From Malacoraja senta (taxonomy: Eukaryota): a stretch of DNA of 64,000 nt. Shown here in pieces: positions 51,143 through 63,834 of the stretch (position 1 is its first letter; each line of letters opens with the position of its first letter). The stretch is from the NCBI GenBank assembly GCA_038087875.1, contig CM076000.1, positions 2,108,001 through 2,172,000 on the forward strand, in the 5' to 3' direction. A model generated the notes under the pieces. The model saw only the letters and a program-made list of their open reading frames with translations. It made no database searches and was not told the origin of the DNA. Both the position numbers and the translations under genes were made by a program.

Positions 51143-53479
51143 AACCATAGGCACATGGATATGTGGGAATGGAGGGGTATGGATTATGTTCACACCAGAT
51201 AAGAGTTGGTCTTGGCATCATGTTTGGCAGAGATTGCCTTCTGTGCTGTACTGTTCAATATTTTAATATATATGGTAACATGGTTTTCCTACAATGGGCA
51301 ACATGAAGGTCTCTGTCAAAGTGGGATGTTGAAAGCAAGAATGCAGTCAGCCTAAATAAAGAGAAGTTTGGGCTCCAAGGAGCCACAGGCAGTTGTGTGG
51401 GTAATCCTGCAGCAGCCCTCTTGATGGGGTGGAGATGAAATTGATGGGACACATTGACACCATGGATTTATAGAGCTTATTGAAAGGATCTCTGCCCCTC
51501 TTCCTCGATTTCCTACTATACTAATCTTCTATTTTCATGCTCTTCTTTGGCCACCTCATTCGAAAACACATCAGTCTCCATAGGTACACCAAGGATCCGA
51601 GCTCCATCTCATCACCAGTATGCATACATTGTCACGACTGCTTTTCCACTGTAACTACTGGATGAGAAGAAACTCCCCCAAACTAATTATTGGCAGACTG
51701 TTCAATTCACCTCCACCCATTGGGGACATTGGACTCTTTCTAAGGAACTGATGCGCTACAATGCTGAGAACGATATTCTGCACTCTGTATCTTCCCCTTT
51801 GCTCTACCTATTGTACTTGAGTTTGAACTGATTGTATGGTATCTGGCTACATATGGCATATCGGATCTGTTTGGGTAGCATTGCAAAACAAAGCTTTTCA
51901 CTGTACCTCGGTACATGTGACAATAATAAACCTAGACCTAAATCTAATCCTAAACCTAAACCATTGCACTCCGACCCCATCCTCCCCTCTATCATCTGCA
52001 TGTCATGCAAAACGTGACTGCGAGTGCCATCACATGGACTCATTATCACTGTGCTCATTCACCCACGAATCATAACACATTTTTAAAATCGTTGCTCAAA
52101 GTATTACAGCAGTGGATGTAGTTTTCATGTGATTCTCACCACTCCTTGAAACCACAAGATGCCTCCTCTTCAAGAGCTCCTTCTGCTTTTAAGTAGTGCC
52201 AAACACCAGCACTATTGATCCCCTGTGTAAATGTGCAGCCATGGAATAGTGGGGGAGTGTTGGCTTCACGCAGAGCTCATGCCAGGCTGTGGGCAGCGGG
52301 AACTTACCACAGTGCCTCCACTGTGAATAATAACTGTGCAATAATTGCATAATGCAAACATCCATTTTGGATGCTAGCCAGTTGCTCTCTCACTGGGTTT
52401 GGTAAGTGCAAGTGTTGATCTGTCAGCACCCCATCACTTAAATGTTGTTACCATCAGATGCTTTAATAAAAAATGACAAAATACTGTTATTCAGTATAAA
52501 ACCATTATAATTGAGTTTGATCTGAGAGGAATGGATCGGGTAGACGCACAGTGTCTCTTGTCCAGAGGAGGGGAATTAAGAACCAGAGGTTTAAGGTGAG
52601 GAGGGAAATGAATAGGAACCTGACAATATATTAACCTGAGGGGTAACTTTTTCACACAGAGGGTGGTGGGTGTTTGGAACAAGCTAGATGATATCGCAAC
52701 GTTTAAGATGAGTACATGGACTCATTTTTACGTGTCAAGTTAACAAAGTATTCATAGGAAATTAGTACGAGAAAGTTTTCCTGAGTGAACTTGTATTTTG
52801 TCTGTTATTTGAAAAACACAAAAAAGAATCGCCTTCACCAAATTACCATTTTGACCGTAAGGTATTAAATGACTGGAGGGAAGGGAACACCAAGTGAAAA
52901 GAATAGGTGGCAGGCAGTGAACTGCACTGTTAATATTGCAGACCATGAAAGCGAAGCTTGAGCCGTGTATCAATGTCAACAGAATCCAGAGATTGAATTA
53001 CCTTCTTTGATTTATTCTCTTCGTTGCAATGTAGTTCAAAGTTTATTTTTTCTAAAATATTATCATTCACTTTATTTTTCTCAACACCATGAGCAGATAC
53101 TCTGAACAAAGTATAAATAATCTCATGCAGGTGAAAAAGGTAATAATGGTAAGAAGCTGAATGCATATGGCAAGACGTGATTAGTACGGGTGTCAGGGTT
53201 ATGGGGAGGAGGCAGGAGAATGCGGTTGAGAGGGAAAGTTAAATCAGCCATGATTGAATGACTTGATGGGCCAAATGGCCAAATTCTGCTCCTATCACTT
53301 ATGAACTTATGACTAGCACTGTAGAACATAAGTAATATTGTACAGATTTGTATTATTGAAAAAAATCAAATATTATACAGTACCTGTGAATTTTAGCAGT
53401 GCCGTTTTTCAAGAGATCTTCTTGGGCTAGAAGAATTATTTATATTTTGGAAAGGTTTGAAGAAACAGCATGGAAACAG

Positions 53480-53835
53480 ATCAACACAAAGTGTGGGCGT
53501 AACTTAGCGGGTAAGGCAGCATCTCTGGAGAACATGGATAGGTGACGTTTGGGGTCTGGACCCTTCTTCAGACTGATTATAGGGGAGGAGAAGAAAGCTG
53601 GAGAAGGGGAGAGGCAGATAATAGATTGACACGGGTGAGGGACTTGCCACACATTGTCTTGCCTCGACCATTTTCCAGCTCCCCCCCCCCTACAATTAGT
53701 TGGAAGAAGGGTCTCGACCCGAAACTTCACCTATAGTATTCATGTTCTCTAGAGCTGCTGCCTGACCCGCTGAGCTACTCCAGCACTGTGTCTAACTTTG
53801 GTATAAACCAGCAGCTGCAGTTCCTTCCTACACAC
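53480..53835. mobile_element. Penelope-like inverted pair, both arms with hammerhead-like motif
   Basis: Minus-strand motif at 53541-53572 (gtgacgtttggggtctggacccttcttcag) and plus-strand motif at about 53701-53730 (gaagaagggtctcgacccgaaac). Confidence 0.6.
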
Positions 53836-53838
53836 TTT

Positions 53839-54078
53839 TGGGCCTGTCCCACTTTAGGCGACTCTTTAGGCGACTCTTTAGGCGACTGCCAGGGACTAGT
53901 TTTAATGGAATTCACACACGACACCTGGCGACAACCTACGACAGCACCTACATCAACCTACGACAACCTACGACAGCAGAAATTGTCGCCACTGTCGCCG
54001 AAAAATTTTCAACATGTTGAACATTTTGCGGCAGTCGCCTGTAGTCGCCCAAATAATTGCCTAAGTGGGACAGACCCA
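53839..54078. mobile_element. PIF/Harbinger-like MITE, family C
   Basis: TIR TGGGCCTGTCCCACTT / AAGTGGGACAGACCCA with TTT on both sides. Internal ttaggcgact and acgacaacct subrepeats. Confidence 0.75.
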
Positions 54079-54663
54079 TTTGTGTCTTTTTGTGTATTAA
54101 CCAGCGGCAGTTTCTTGTTTATACATGGAAACTGATTGGTCAGCCCACTGAGTCTATACCAAACATCGATCACTCGCTCACACTGGTTCTGTGATATCCC
54201 ACTTGCTCATCCACTCCCTTTCACACAGACAGCACCCGAGATCAGGATCAAACCCAGGTCTCTGGCATTGTGAGGCAGCTGCTCTACCAGCAAAATGATG
54301 TAAAACATATCTATTGGTCAATTTATTTTCCCATAATTTAAGTAAACAAACGTTAGTTTAGTTTAGAGATACAGCATGGATATGAGCTCTTCAGCCCACC
54401 GAGACCACGCTGACCATTGATCAACACTTCACACTAGCTCTATGCCATCCCACCACCCACACATCAGCGACGATTATAGAGGCTAATTAACGTACAAACC
54501 TGCACGGGTTCGTAGTGTGAGGAGACCGAAGCTCCCAGAGGAAACCCACGCGGTCACAGTGAGAACATGCAAATTCCATACTGACAGCACCCGAGGTCAG
54601 GATCAAGCCAGGATCTCTGGGGCTGGGAGGCAGCGGCACAACCAGCTACTCCACTGTGCCTCC

Positions 54664-55572
54664 TCTGTGAGGAGGATGCTAGGAGACTGCAAGGTGACTT
54701 GGATAGGCTGGGTGAGTGGGCAAATGTTTGGCAGATGCAGTATAATGTGGATAAATGTGAGGTTATCCACTTTGGTGGCAAAAAACAGGAAAGCAGACTA
54801 TTATCTAAATGGTGGCCGATTAGGAAATGGGGAGATGCAGCGAGACCTGGGTGTCATGGTACACCAGTCATTGAAAGTAGGCATGCAGGTGCAGCAGGCA
54901 GTGAAGAAAGCGAATGGTATGTTAGCTTTCATAGCAAAAGGATTTGAGTATAGGAGCAGGGAGGTTCTACTGCAGTTGTACAGGGTCTTGGTGAGACCAC
55001 ACCTGGAGTATTGCGTACAGTTTTGGTCTCCAAATCTGAGGAAGGACATTATAGCCATAGAGGGAGTGCAGAGAAGGTTCACCAGACTGATTCCTGGGAT
55101 GTCAGGACTTTCATATAAAGAAAGACTGGATAGACTTGGCTTATACTCGCTAGAATTTAGGAGATTGAGAGGGGATCTTATAGAAACGTACAAAATTCTT
55201 ATGGGGTTGGACAGGCTAGATGCAGGAAGATTGTTCCCGATGTTGGGGAAGTCCAGGACAAGGGGTCACAGCTTAAGGATAAGGGGGAAATCCTTTAAGA
55301 CCGAGATGAGGAAAAACTTTTTCACACAGAGAGCGGTGAATCTCTGGAACTCTCTGCCACAGAAGGTAGTTGAGGCCAGTTCATTGGCTATATTTAAGAG
55401 GGAGTTAGATCTGGCCCTTGTGGCTAAGGGGATCAGGGGGTATGGAGAGAAGGCAGGTACGGGATACTGAGTTGGATGATCAGCCATGATCATATTGAAT
55501 GGCGGTGCAGGCTCGAAGGGCAGAATGGCCTACTCCTGCACCTATTTTCTATGTATCTATGTATCTATGTAT
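54664..55572 (+). mobile_element. CR1 LINE, young 5'-truncated copy
   Basis: Near-open ORF2 C-terminus (one frameshift in an A run) and (ctatgtat)n tail. Confidence 0.95.
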
Positions 55573-56573
55573 CTTAGGGCTGGATGGCTAGGTGTGTTAG
55601 TAAACCTTCTGAAATGCAGCTTGCATTCTCTTTCTAACCCTTTTTCTTTGATGGATGTATATGTTTGGCTCTCTACGAAGTGATTTTGTTTAACCTTAAC
55701 TCTCCTTCCTTTTGGAAGCAGTACAGTACGGAAACACATAATTTAGCATAAATCTGCATGAAATTGTCAGCATCCTACAGAAAGTTCACAAGAATAATTG
55801 GAATGGGATTAGAAACATTTACATTGCCGCAGAGTATTAGTTTAGAGATACAGCATGGAAACAGGTACTTCAGTCCACGCCGACCACAGATCACCCCTTC
55901 AATGTCATGCAGATATATAAGTTGGAAGGTACATTGGAGTAGATTTAAGCCTCAACCTTCCTCTGACACTTTATATACCTGACCTGTCACTGTTTGCTGC
56001 CAACAGTGGCTGAACAAATGTGGAACTAAACTCCAGCCACAATGGGAGGCACACAGTGGCGCAGCAGGTAGAGCTCAGACCCTGAAGTCCTGGCAACATC
56101 CTCGTAAATCGTTTCTGCACTCTTTCCACCTTAGCGCCATCCTTCCTTGAGAAGGGTGACCAAGAATTAACACAATACTCCAAATGCGGCCTCACCAACG
56201 TCTTGTTCAACTGCTATGTTAATGTCATCTTCACATATTAATGTAGCAATGGGTAGTTTCCTTACAAAAATGCAGGAGGGAAATTTTTGAGAGCGTAAAG
56301 TCTCTTTAATAGCTGCACACGGACGTCATCACCATATTACCAATACTTTTCTTGTAAATTCTGTCAATTAATTAACTAATTAATTTCTCACAGATTCTGT
56401 AAGAAATTTAAAGAAATTATTTTTAAAGAAATTAAATTTGACAGAAATTCTAAGAAAAATGTGATCGTAGGATTACATTTATGCCTCTGGATTGTTAATT
56501 CCTGCTTGAAAATAACTTGTTGTTCCATTCATGATGAAACTCTACCTATTGTTGCCTGCAAGGAAGCCAACTG

Positions 56574-56911
56574 TTCGCAGTGGTAGAGTTGCTGCCTTAC
56601 AGCATGAGAGTCTCGTGTTCGATTCTGACTACAGGGGCTGTCTGTACAGAGATGGAACGTTCTCCCTGTGACCGCGTGGGTTTTCTCCTGGTCCTCCGGT
56701 TACCTTCTACATCGCAAAGACGTGCAGGTTTGTAGGTTAATAGGCTTCGGTAAAATAGTAAATTATCCCTCATGTGTTGGATAGAGCTAGTGCACGGGTG
56801 ACGATTGATGGTTGGCGCAGATTCGGTGGGCCGAACGGCCTGTTCCACGCTGCACCTGTAAACTAAACCAAACTGAACTAAACTAAACTGAACTAAACTA
56901 AACTAAACTAA
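56574..56911 (+). mobile_element. HE1-like SINE
   Basis: Consensus head and body with (CTAAA)n tail. Confidence 0.75.
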
Positions 56912-57949
56912 ATGTCACACCTTTCTTCAGTCCTTTCAACATTTAAATTGCAGTTGGATGGCCTGTCTCTTTTAGACAATCCATTCTAAGAAGAGACGAG
57001 AATTCTTGTGGTGGCAGATAAAGTAGGGCCGGAAAAAACAAAAAAGTTCCATCAGGGTAGTTGAGATTACAGGTTTTGAATGGTGATGTTGAAATAGTCT
57101 GGCCAAGAAACAGCAGTGCATTTCACACAGCATTGTCCCAACGCACATGCACTTACTGACTTACTATCTCCAGTCTACAAGATTTTAACGTTAATTTCTT
57201 AACTCCATGTTCAATTTCTACAGCGATTTCCCCACCCCCATCCCTCCCCATATGATCCATTCAGATCCACTTCATTTACACCATCCGCTTGTGAACTCCT
57301 CTCCCCCTTCACTGTCCTGCTGGTGCCTGTAGACACAAGGAACTGCAGATGCTGGTTTACAAAAAAAAAGACACAAAATGCTGGTGTAACTCAGCGGGTC
57401 AGGCAGCATCTCTGGAGAGCACGGATAAGTGACATTAAGTATGAAGAAGAGTCCTGACCCAAAGTGTTGCCTATCTATGTTCTCCTCAGAAGCTGCCTGA
57501 CATGCTGAGTTCCTCCAGCGCTTTGCATCTTTTTTGTTGCTGGTGACTGTTCTTCAGCTTCCAAGTTCCAATCTACCAAACTTTTTGTCTGAACTTCTCT
57601 TCATCTCCCTTTCTTAGTGACCCTCCTTAATACCAACCCATTTGAACAAAGCTTTTGTCAAGACTCTAATCTTTAATAAGTTGGCTCAGTATTTATTTTT
57701 CTTAGATCTTTTGGAAATGCCTTAGGATGTTCTTCTACATTAAAGGCAATGAACAATAATAACTCGTTGTTACATGATTTCCATTTCATTTGAGATGCCA
57801 GCTCTGCTCTGAGCAGTTTTGCCTGAAATAGAAACTTGGTTCAGGTCTTGAACATATAATCTGCGATGAATTATCAGCGTTGTACCAAAGGGTTACTACA
57901 ATGCCAGAGACACCATCTGTTGAATCAAATGTTACCGTGTCTCTTTGAC

Positions 57950-58344
57950 TTCTGTACTCTCAATTGAAGGAAGGCCGGCGAGCCCCCGGCGGGCCAAAGA
58001 AACGCTTCAAGGACAACATCAAGAACAGTCTGAAAAAATTCTACATCATATCAAGCAACTGGGAGCACATTGCACTGAACAGGCGCTCCTGGAGGAAATC
58101 CGTGCAGGAAGGAGCTGCACTTCATGAAATGGAACAACGCCATGTCGCAGAGACAAAGCGACAGCACCGTAAGGAGAGAAAGAAGGGGGCTCGACGACTA
58201 CCAACCACCGCCAGTCTCCACTGCCCACGTTGCACCAAGGTGTGTGGATCGCAGATCGCAGACATCTGCAGACCCGCAGGTAGACGGCCCTATCGAGAGG
58301 AGAGGACAGTCATATTCGTTTCGAGTGACCGCCGATGATGATGA
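57950..58344 (+). mobile_element. RTE-clade LINE 3' end
   Basis: LYSQLKEGRR..GG..KRFKD.IK..LK..WE..A.NR.SWR..V.EG..KR..RK..CPRC.K.C zinc-finger remnant, followed by a (GAT)n tail. Confidence 0.8.
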
Positions 58345-58694
58345 GGTGTGTAGGTGGGCGTCAAAGATCCAGTGGTTATTTTCAAAGAAGAGCAGGATTT
58401 TTTATTGTGATGGAAGGAACTGCAGATGCTGATTTAAACTGAAGATAGACGCAAAATGCTGGGGTAACTCAGCGGGTCAGGCAGCATCTCTGGAGAAAGG
58501 GCATTGGTGACTTTTTAGGTTGAGACCCTTCTTCAAACTGAGAGTGGGGTTTTTCCTGATATCTTGGCTCACATTTATACTATTAGACTTCAGGCTTGAG
58601 GCTTTAGTTACATTGCAGACACAGGTCCTTTGGCCCACCTAGTCCGTGCCGACCAGCGATCACCCCATACACTAGGACTATCCTACACACTAGG

Positions 58695-60135
58695 GTGCAG
58701 AGAAGATTTAAGAGGATGTTGCCAGGACTCAGGGGCCTGAGCTTTTGGGAGAGGTTAGTTAGAGCCTGAGACTATTAATTGGAGTGCAGGACGATGAGGG
58801 GGTGATCATATAGAGGTGTACAAATTCATGAGAGGAATAGATTGAGTAGACGCACAAAGTCTCTTACCCATGGTAAGGGAATTGAGAACCAGATGACATT
58901 GGTTTAAAGGGAGAGGAATCCGAGGGATAATTTTTCTGCAGAAATGGTGGTGGGTGTATGGAATGAGCTGCCGGAGAAGGTAGTTGAGGCTGGTAATATT
59001 GCAATGTTTAAGAAACATTTGGGCAGATACATGGATAAGGTAGGTTTAGAGGGATCTGGGCAAACTCAGGCAAGTGGACTAGTGTAGATAGGATATGTTG
59101 GTCAGTGTGGGCAAGTTGGGCCTAAGGGCCTGTTTCCACTCTGTATGACCCAAGCCTATGAAATCGTGCCTCACAAATTTGCCGGAGTTATTTGAGGAGG
59201 TGATAAAGAGGATTGATGAGGGCAGGGTGGTAGATAATGTCTATATGGTTCTTTGCAAGGACTTTGACAGGTCCCGAATGGTGGGCTAGTCCGGAAAGTT
59301 AGATATGTGGTGTTAGCCGACTTGATACAAAATTGGCTTGCTGGTAGGAATCAGACTGATAGTAGAGGGGCATTATTCAGATTGGAGTCCTAACACCTCT
59401 GATGTGCCATAGGGATCACTGTTATTGTCATCTATATTAATGATTTGGATGAGAATGTAATTGTCATGGTTGCTAAGTTTGTGAATGACACCTGAATTGG
59501 TCATATAATGGAAATAATGAAGGCAATGAAGCAGGGATGTAATGCTCAGGCTTTATACGGCATCATTCAGACAGCATTTTGAGTATTGTGAGCAGTTTTG
59601 GGCCCCTTATCTGAAGAGAGATGTGCTGGCATTGGAGAGGGTCCAGAGGAGGTTTACGAGAATGATCCCAGGGATGATTGGGTTAAGGTATGATACGTTT
59701 TTGATGATTCTGGGCCTTTTCTCACTGAGGTTTATAAGGATGAGGAGGAACCTAATTGAAACTAATAGAATAATGAAAGGCCTGGATAGAATGAATGTTG
59801 TGAGGATGTTTTCACTAGTGGGAGACTGTAGGACCACAGTGCACAGCCTCAGAATAAAAGGATGTACTTTTAGAAAGGAGATGAGGAGAGATTTCTTTAG
59901 CCAAGGGTGGTGAATCTGTGGAATTAATTGCCACAGACGGCTGTGGAGGCCACGTCATTAGGTATTTTTAAAGCGGGGATTGATAGATTCTTGATTAGTA
60001 AGGTCATCATGGGTTACAGGGAGAAGGCAGGAGAATGGGGTTGAGAGGGAAAGATAGATCAGCCATGATTGAATGGCAGAATAGACTCGATGGGCTGATT
60101 GGCCTAATTCTGCTCCTGTGTCTTATGTTCTTATG
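58695..60135 (+). mobile_element. Cluster of three CR1 fragments
   Basis: 3' end at 58695-59150, older RT piece at 59170-59510, and 59535-60135 with HFEYCEQFWAP..LERVQRRFTRMIPG. Confidence 0.85.
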
Positions 60136-60454
60136 ATGAGAAGGTCATGTCAGATTTATATTATAATTACTTTATGTAGCTGCTCATTTTATAGCACATC
60201 TGCATAAATTAAAACAATTGAGCCAGATTCCCATCTGTTAGCAATACAAACACCAACCAGCAAGACAACTGCCGTGACAAACACACCAAGCTAGGTTTTA
60301 AAATGGAGCTTATTAAAAACCACTGCCCTCCAGCCTCCACCTACTGTAGTTAACAGCATTAAAAGGCACTTTAACTAGTTTTTATGTCAGCGTTCCTCTC
60401 TTACAGCTGCTGGCAGACTAGGCTCAGCTTCTTGAAATAAACCCAACTACTTAG

Positions 60455-60703
60455 GGCGGCACGGTGGCGCAGCGGTACAGTTGCTGCCTTACAGTGCCAG
60501 AGAGCCAGGTTCGATCCTGACTTTGGGTGCTGTCTCTACGGAGTTTGTACGTTCTCCCCGTGACCTATGTGGGTTTTCTCCGAGATCTCCGGTTTTCTCC
60601 CACATTCCAAAGACATACAGGTTTGTAGGCTAATTGGCTTGGTATAATTGTAAATTGTCCCTCGTGTGTAGAATACTTGTTAGTGTGCAGGTGATCGCTG
60701 GTC
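60455..60703 (+). mobile_element. HE1-like SINE
   Basis: gggcggcacggtggcgcagcggta head and B box ggttcgatcc. Confidence 0.85.
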
Positions 60704-60704
60704 A

Positions 60705-61243
60705 GTTGACCAAGATGCCCATCTACACTAATCCCACCATCCTGCGTTTGGCCCATACCTTCTAAACCTATCCTATCCATGTACCTGTCCAAGTGTCTTT
60801 TAAATAGTGTTAAAGTATCTACCTCAACTACCTTCTCTGGCAGATCGTTCCATATACTCGCCACCCATCTAGAACCCATCGATCTCCGCTTCAAAAATAC
60901 CCAATGTCATGGCCTACACCACTATCGGTGGCAATTAATTCAACAGATTCACCACCCTCTGGCTAAATTCATTCTCTTCTCCTTTCTAAATGCACGTCCT
61001 TTTATTCTGAGGTTGTGCCCTCTGGTCCTAGAATCTTGCACTACTGAAAACATCCTCACCACATCCACTCTGTTTAGGCCTTTCATTATTTAGGTTTCAT
61101 TGAGATACCCTCTCAACCGTCTAAATTCTAGCGAATATAGGCCCAGAGCCATCAAACGCTCCTCCTATCTTTCATAGATCATTCTCTTGAACCTTCTCTG
61201 GCCCCACTCTAACACCAGCACATACTTCCTCAGATATGGGGCA
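60705..61243 (-). mobile_element. CR1 LINE fragments
   Basis: IWNDLPEKVVE..FKRHLDRYM motif and adjacent CR1 sequence. Confidence 0.8.
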
Positions 61244-61466
61244 TTGAGTTCTTTAGAGATGCTGCCTGACTCCAGCACTTGGTGTCTTCTTATTATGTAA
61301 TTAAACTGGTTTCCTCTGAATTTCTTACATTGAATTGTTTCCTTTGGGCAGTCAGTCTGAGGCAGGCATTTACCATGTGAAGCCCTGCACTCAGAAACCT
61401 GGTAACTAGCAAAGTGATGCTGCAAACATGACAGAGGTCATAAAACCATGAAATGGGACCTGCAAA

Positions 61467-61856
61467 GGGCGGCATGGTGGTGCAGCGGTAGATTTGCTAC
61501 CTCTCAGCGCCAGAGACCCGGGTTCGATCCTGACTACGGCTGCTGTCTGAACTGAGTTTGTGCGTTCTCCCTGTGACCTGTGTGAGTTTTCCGGTTTCCG
61601 TCCACACTCCAAAGACATGCGGGTTTGTAGGTTAATTGGCTTCTGTAAATTGTCCCTAGCATGTAGGATAGAACTGGTGATGACACTTTACTGTCACATG
61701 TACCTTAGGTGAAATTCTTTGTTTTGCATTCAATACACAAAGTATGCAAAGAGTCACCACGTAGAGTGAACAGGTGATCGCTGGTCGGCGTGGACATGGT
61801 AGGCCGAACGGCCTGTTTCTACGCTGTATCTGTAAACTAAACTAAACTAAACTAAA
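61467..61856 (+). mobile_element. HE1-like SINE with short nested insert
   Basis: Consensus head, body and (CTAAA)n tail. Confidence 0.8.
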
Positions 61857-62922
61857 CCACAAGCTAAGCTTCTCCAACTCTGGACATTAATGCACAAAAA
61901 CACGGTGCCACCTTTACTGAAGTAATTTTCACTGATGTTTAGTTAAGAACTTTGTATAAATAGCAGCAAGTTTCCATTCCAAATCAAACTGAAAGTTAGA
62001 TTTCCTTCGATTTTAAGGTACAAAGTAACGTTATTATAATGGGATTTAGTGAAATCCAGCCAGCACTCCAGAGATTGGTCAGATTAGAGCCAAGTGTTGC
62101 ATTTGATAGGTTGACAGAGAAAATGAGGTCCAGATGCTGCCGTGGTATAAAATGTTAAAATAAGTACAAGTGCATAACAACTCAAACAAATTGTGGTGTC
62201 TACATCTACTCAAATTATTAACAGGCTGCGTGTGTATTAGCGGGTCCCAGTTCCTGAAGCCTTGGATTTAAAACAACAACCAATAAATCGTAGGGTGGGT
62301 GGGAAGGTGCTGGGTGTTACTGAGAGGTTGATGCCAACCTTTGACCTCTGGGATCTGGACATAAATCCTGATGTGATGAAAATCTCCTCCAGCTGTTTTC
62401 CTGTAAGACCTTTAAGTGAAATGAGCTCAGACAGCCCCAGTCCAGTTCCCAATGACACAGCATCTAATTTGGCATCATTTGGCTGTTTCACTCAAGAGAG
62501 GTCGACCGCAGGAACTGGTGTGGGAAATTAATCCAGTCAGGCACCTTGGAGTTAAGGCCCATTTACTGGGCAGAATGGGGTGGGCTTTACTCCGTACTCA
62601 ATCCTTTTATGCATGACCATGGGATGTTGGAACAGTAGAAACAAGGAACTGCTGATGCAGGTTTACAAAAAAGGGCACAACGTGCAGGGGTAAATCAGTG
62701 GGTCAGGCAGCATCGATGGAGAAAGAGAACAGGTAACGATTTCGGTCTGAAGTGTGTTCTGACCTGAAACGTCACCTATTCCTTTATTCCAAAGATGCTG
62801 CTTGACTCGTTGAGTTACACCAGCATTTTGTATCTCTTTAGATCATTATGACCTGGATTTGCCCTTCCAATCCTGCCCAGTCTCATCAACACATCCCCCG
62901 CTTGCTTGCTAAAGGAGCCTAA

Positions 62923-63240
62923 TGGGGCTGTCCCACTGTACGAGCTAATTCAAGAGTTCTCCCGAGTTTCCCCTGATTCGAACTCGGAGAATTACGGTAA
63001 TAGCCGCTCGTAGGTACTCGGGGCTCTCGTGGACATTTTTCAACATGTTGAAAAATCTTCACGCGTCTTCACGAGCTTACTGCGCTTACCGCGCTTACCG
63101 CATTTCCCGAGTACCTGCCGTTAGCGTTACGAGCCGCTAAGAGACGTCCCGCGACGTACATTCTACGTGCTTACCACGTGTTTGATTTTTTTTTAAACTC
63201 GGGAAAGCTCTTGAATTACCTCGTACAGTGGACAGGCCCT
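62923..63240. mobile_element. PIF/Harbinger-like MITE, family A (second copy)
   Basis: Highly similar to 276-605. TIR ggggctgtcccactgtacgag / ctcgtacagtggacaggccct, flanks taa and tca. Confidence 0.8.
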
Positions 63241-63717
63241 TCATTCTGCACCCAAGGTAGATATTCTAGCAAGCCCTTAGTGATGAGTAAGTTTGATGGC
63301 TGCATACCTCTGTGATCCAATTCCTTGAATGCTTTAAACCAGAGTTAAAGACTTGGCATTAAACTTTGTCTCTTGTCAAAGCTGGATGGCATTTGTAGCA
63401 CTTGCCACAAGCCAGGCTTTTTCCTGCCTTCACCTCTTTTTCGGCCTCCCCCCCCCCCCCCTCCCACCACCTTCACAATCAGCCTGAAAAAGGATCCTAA
63501 CCCGAAACATCACGAATATATGTTCTCCAGAGATGCTGCCTGACCTGCTGGGTTACTCCAGCACTTTGTGCCTTTGTCCTGTGCATCCTCTCTTCCAGCT
63601 TTCTTCTCCCCTCCCCCCTCACCACCACAATCCATCTGAAGATGGGTCCCGTTGATGTTTCGCAGGCACGGAAATTGCTGGAGGGGATGAAGGGGACCGG
63701 GGGACAGGGGGGACTCA

Positions 63718-63834
63718 CCAGGTTAACCTACAGCCCTGCCTGGACTGACGGGACACCAGCGCTGCTTCTCCACGCTGACTGTAAGCCTGGGCCATATTTC
63801 CCGCAAGTCCAGGCAGGGCTGTAGGTTAACCTGG
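63718..63834. repeat. Perfect 29-bp inverted repeat with 59-nt spacer
   Basis: CCAGGTTAACCTACAGCCCTGCCTGGACT (63718-63746) and its exact reverse complement (63806-63834). Confidence 0.9.

Noticed and set aside
54517..55470. 317-aa ORF as a host gene
   Set aside because: It is a chance fusion of antisense SINE sequence with a truncated CR1 ORF2 C-terminus.
60455..60530. tRNA gene
   Set aside because: A and B boxes belong to the tRNA-derived head of a multicopy SINE that continues into the SINE body.
62237..62531. 84-89-aa ORFs in unique sequence
   Set aside because: No recognisable domain, non-ATG starts, and a length expected by chance.
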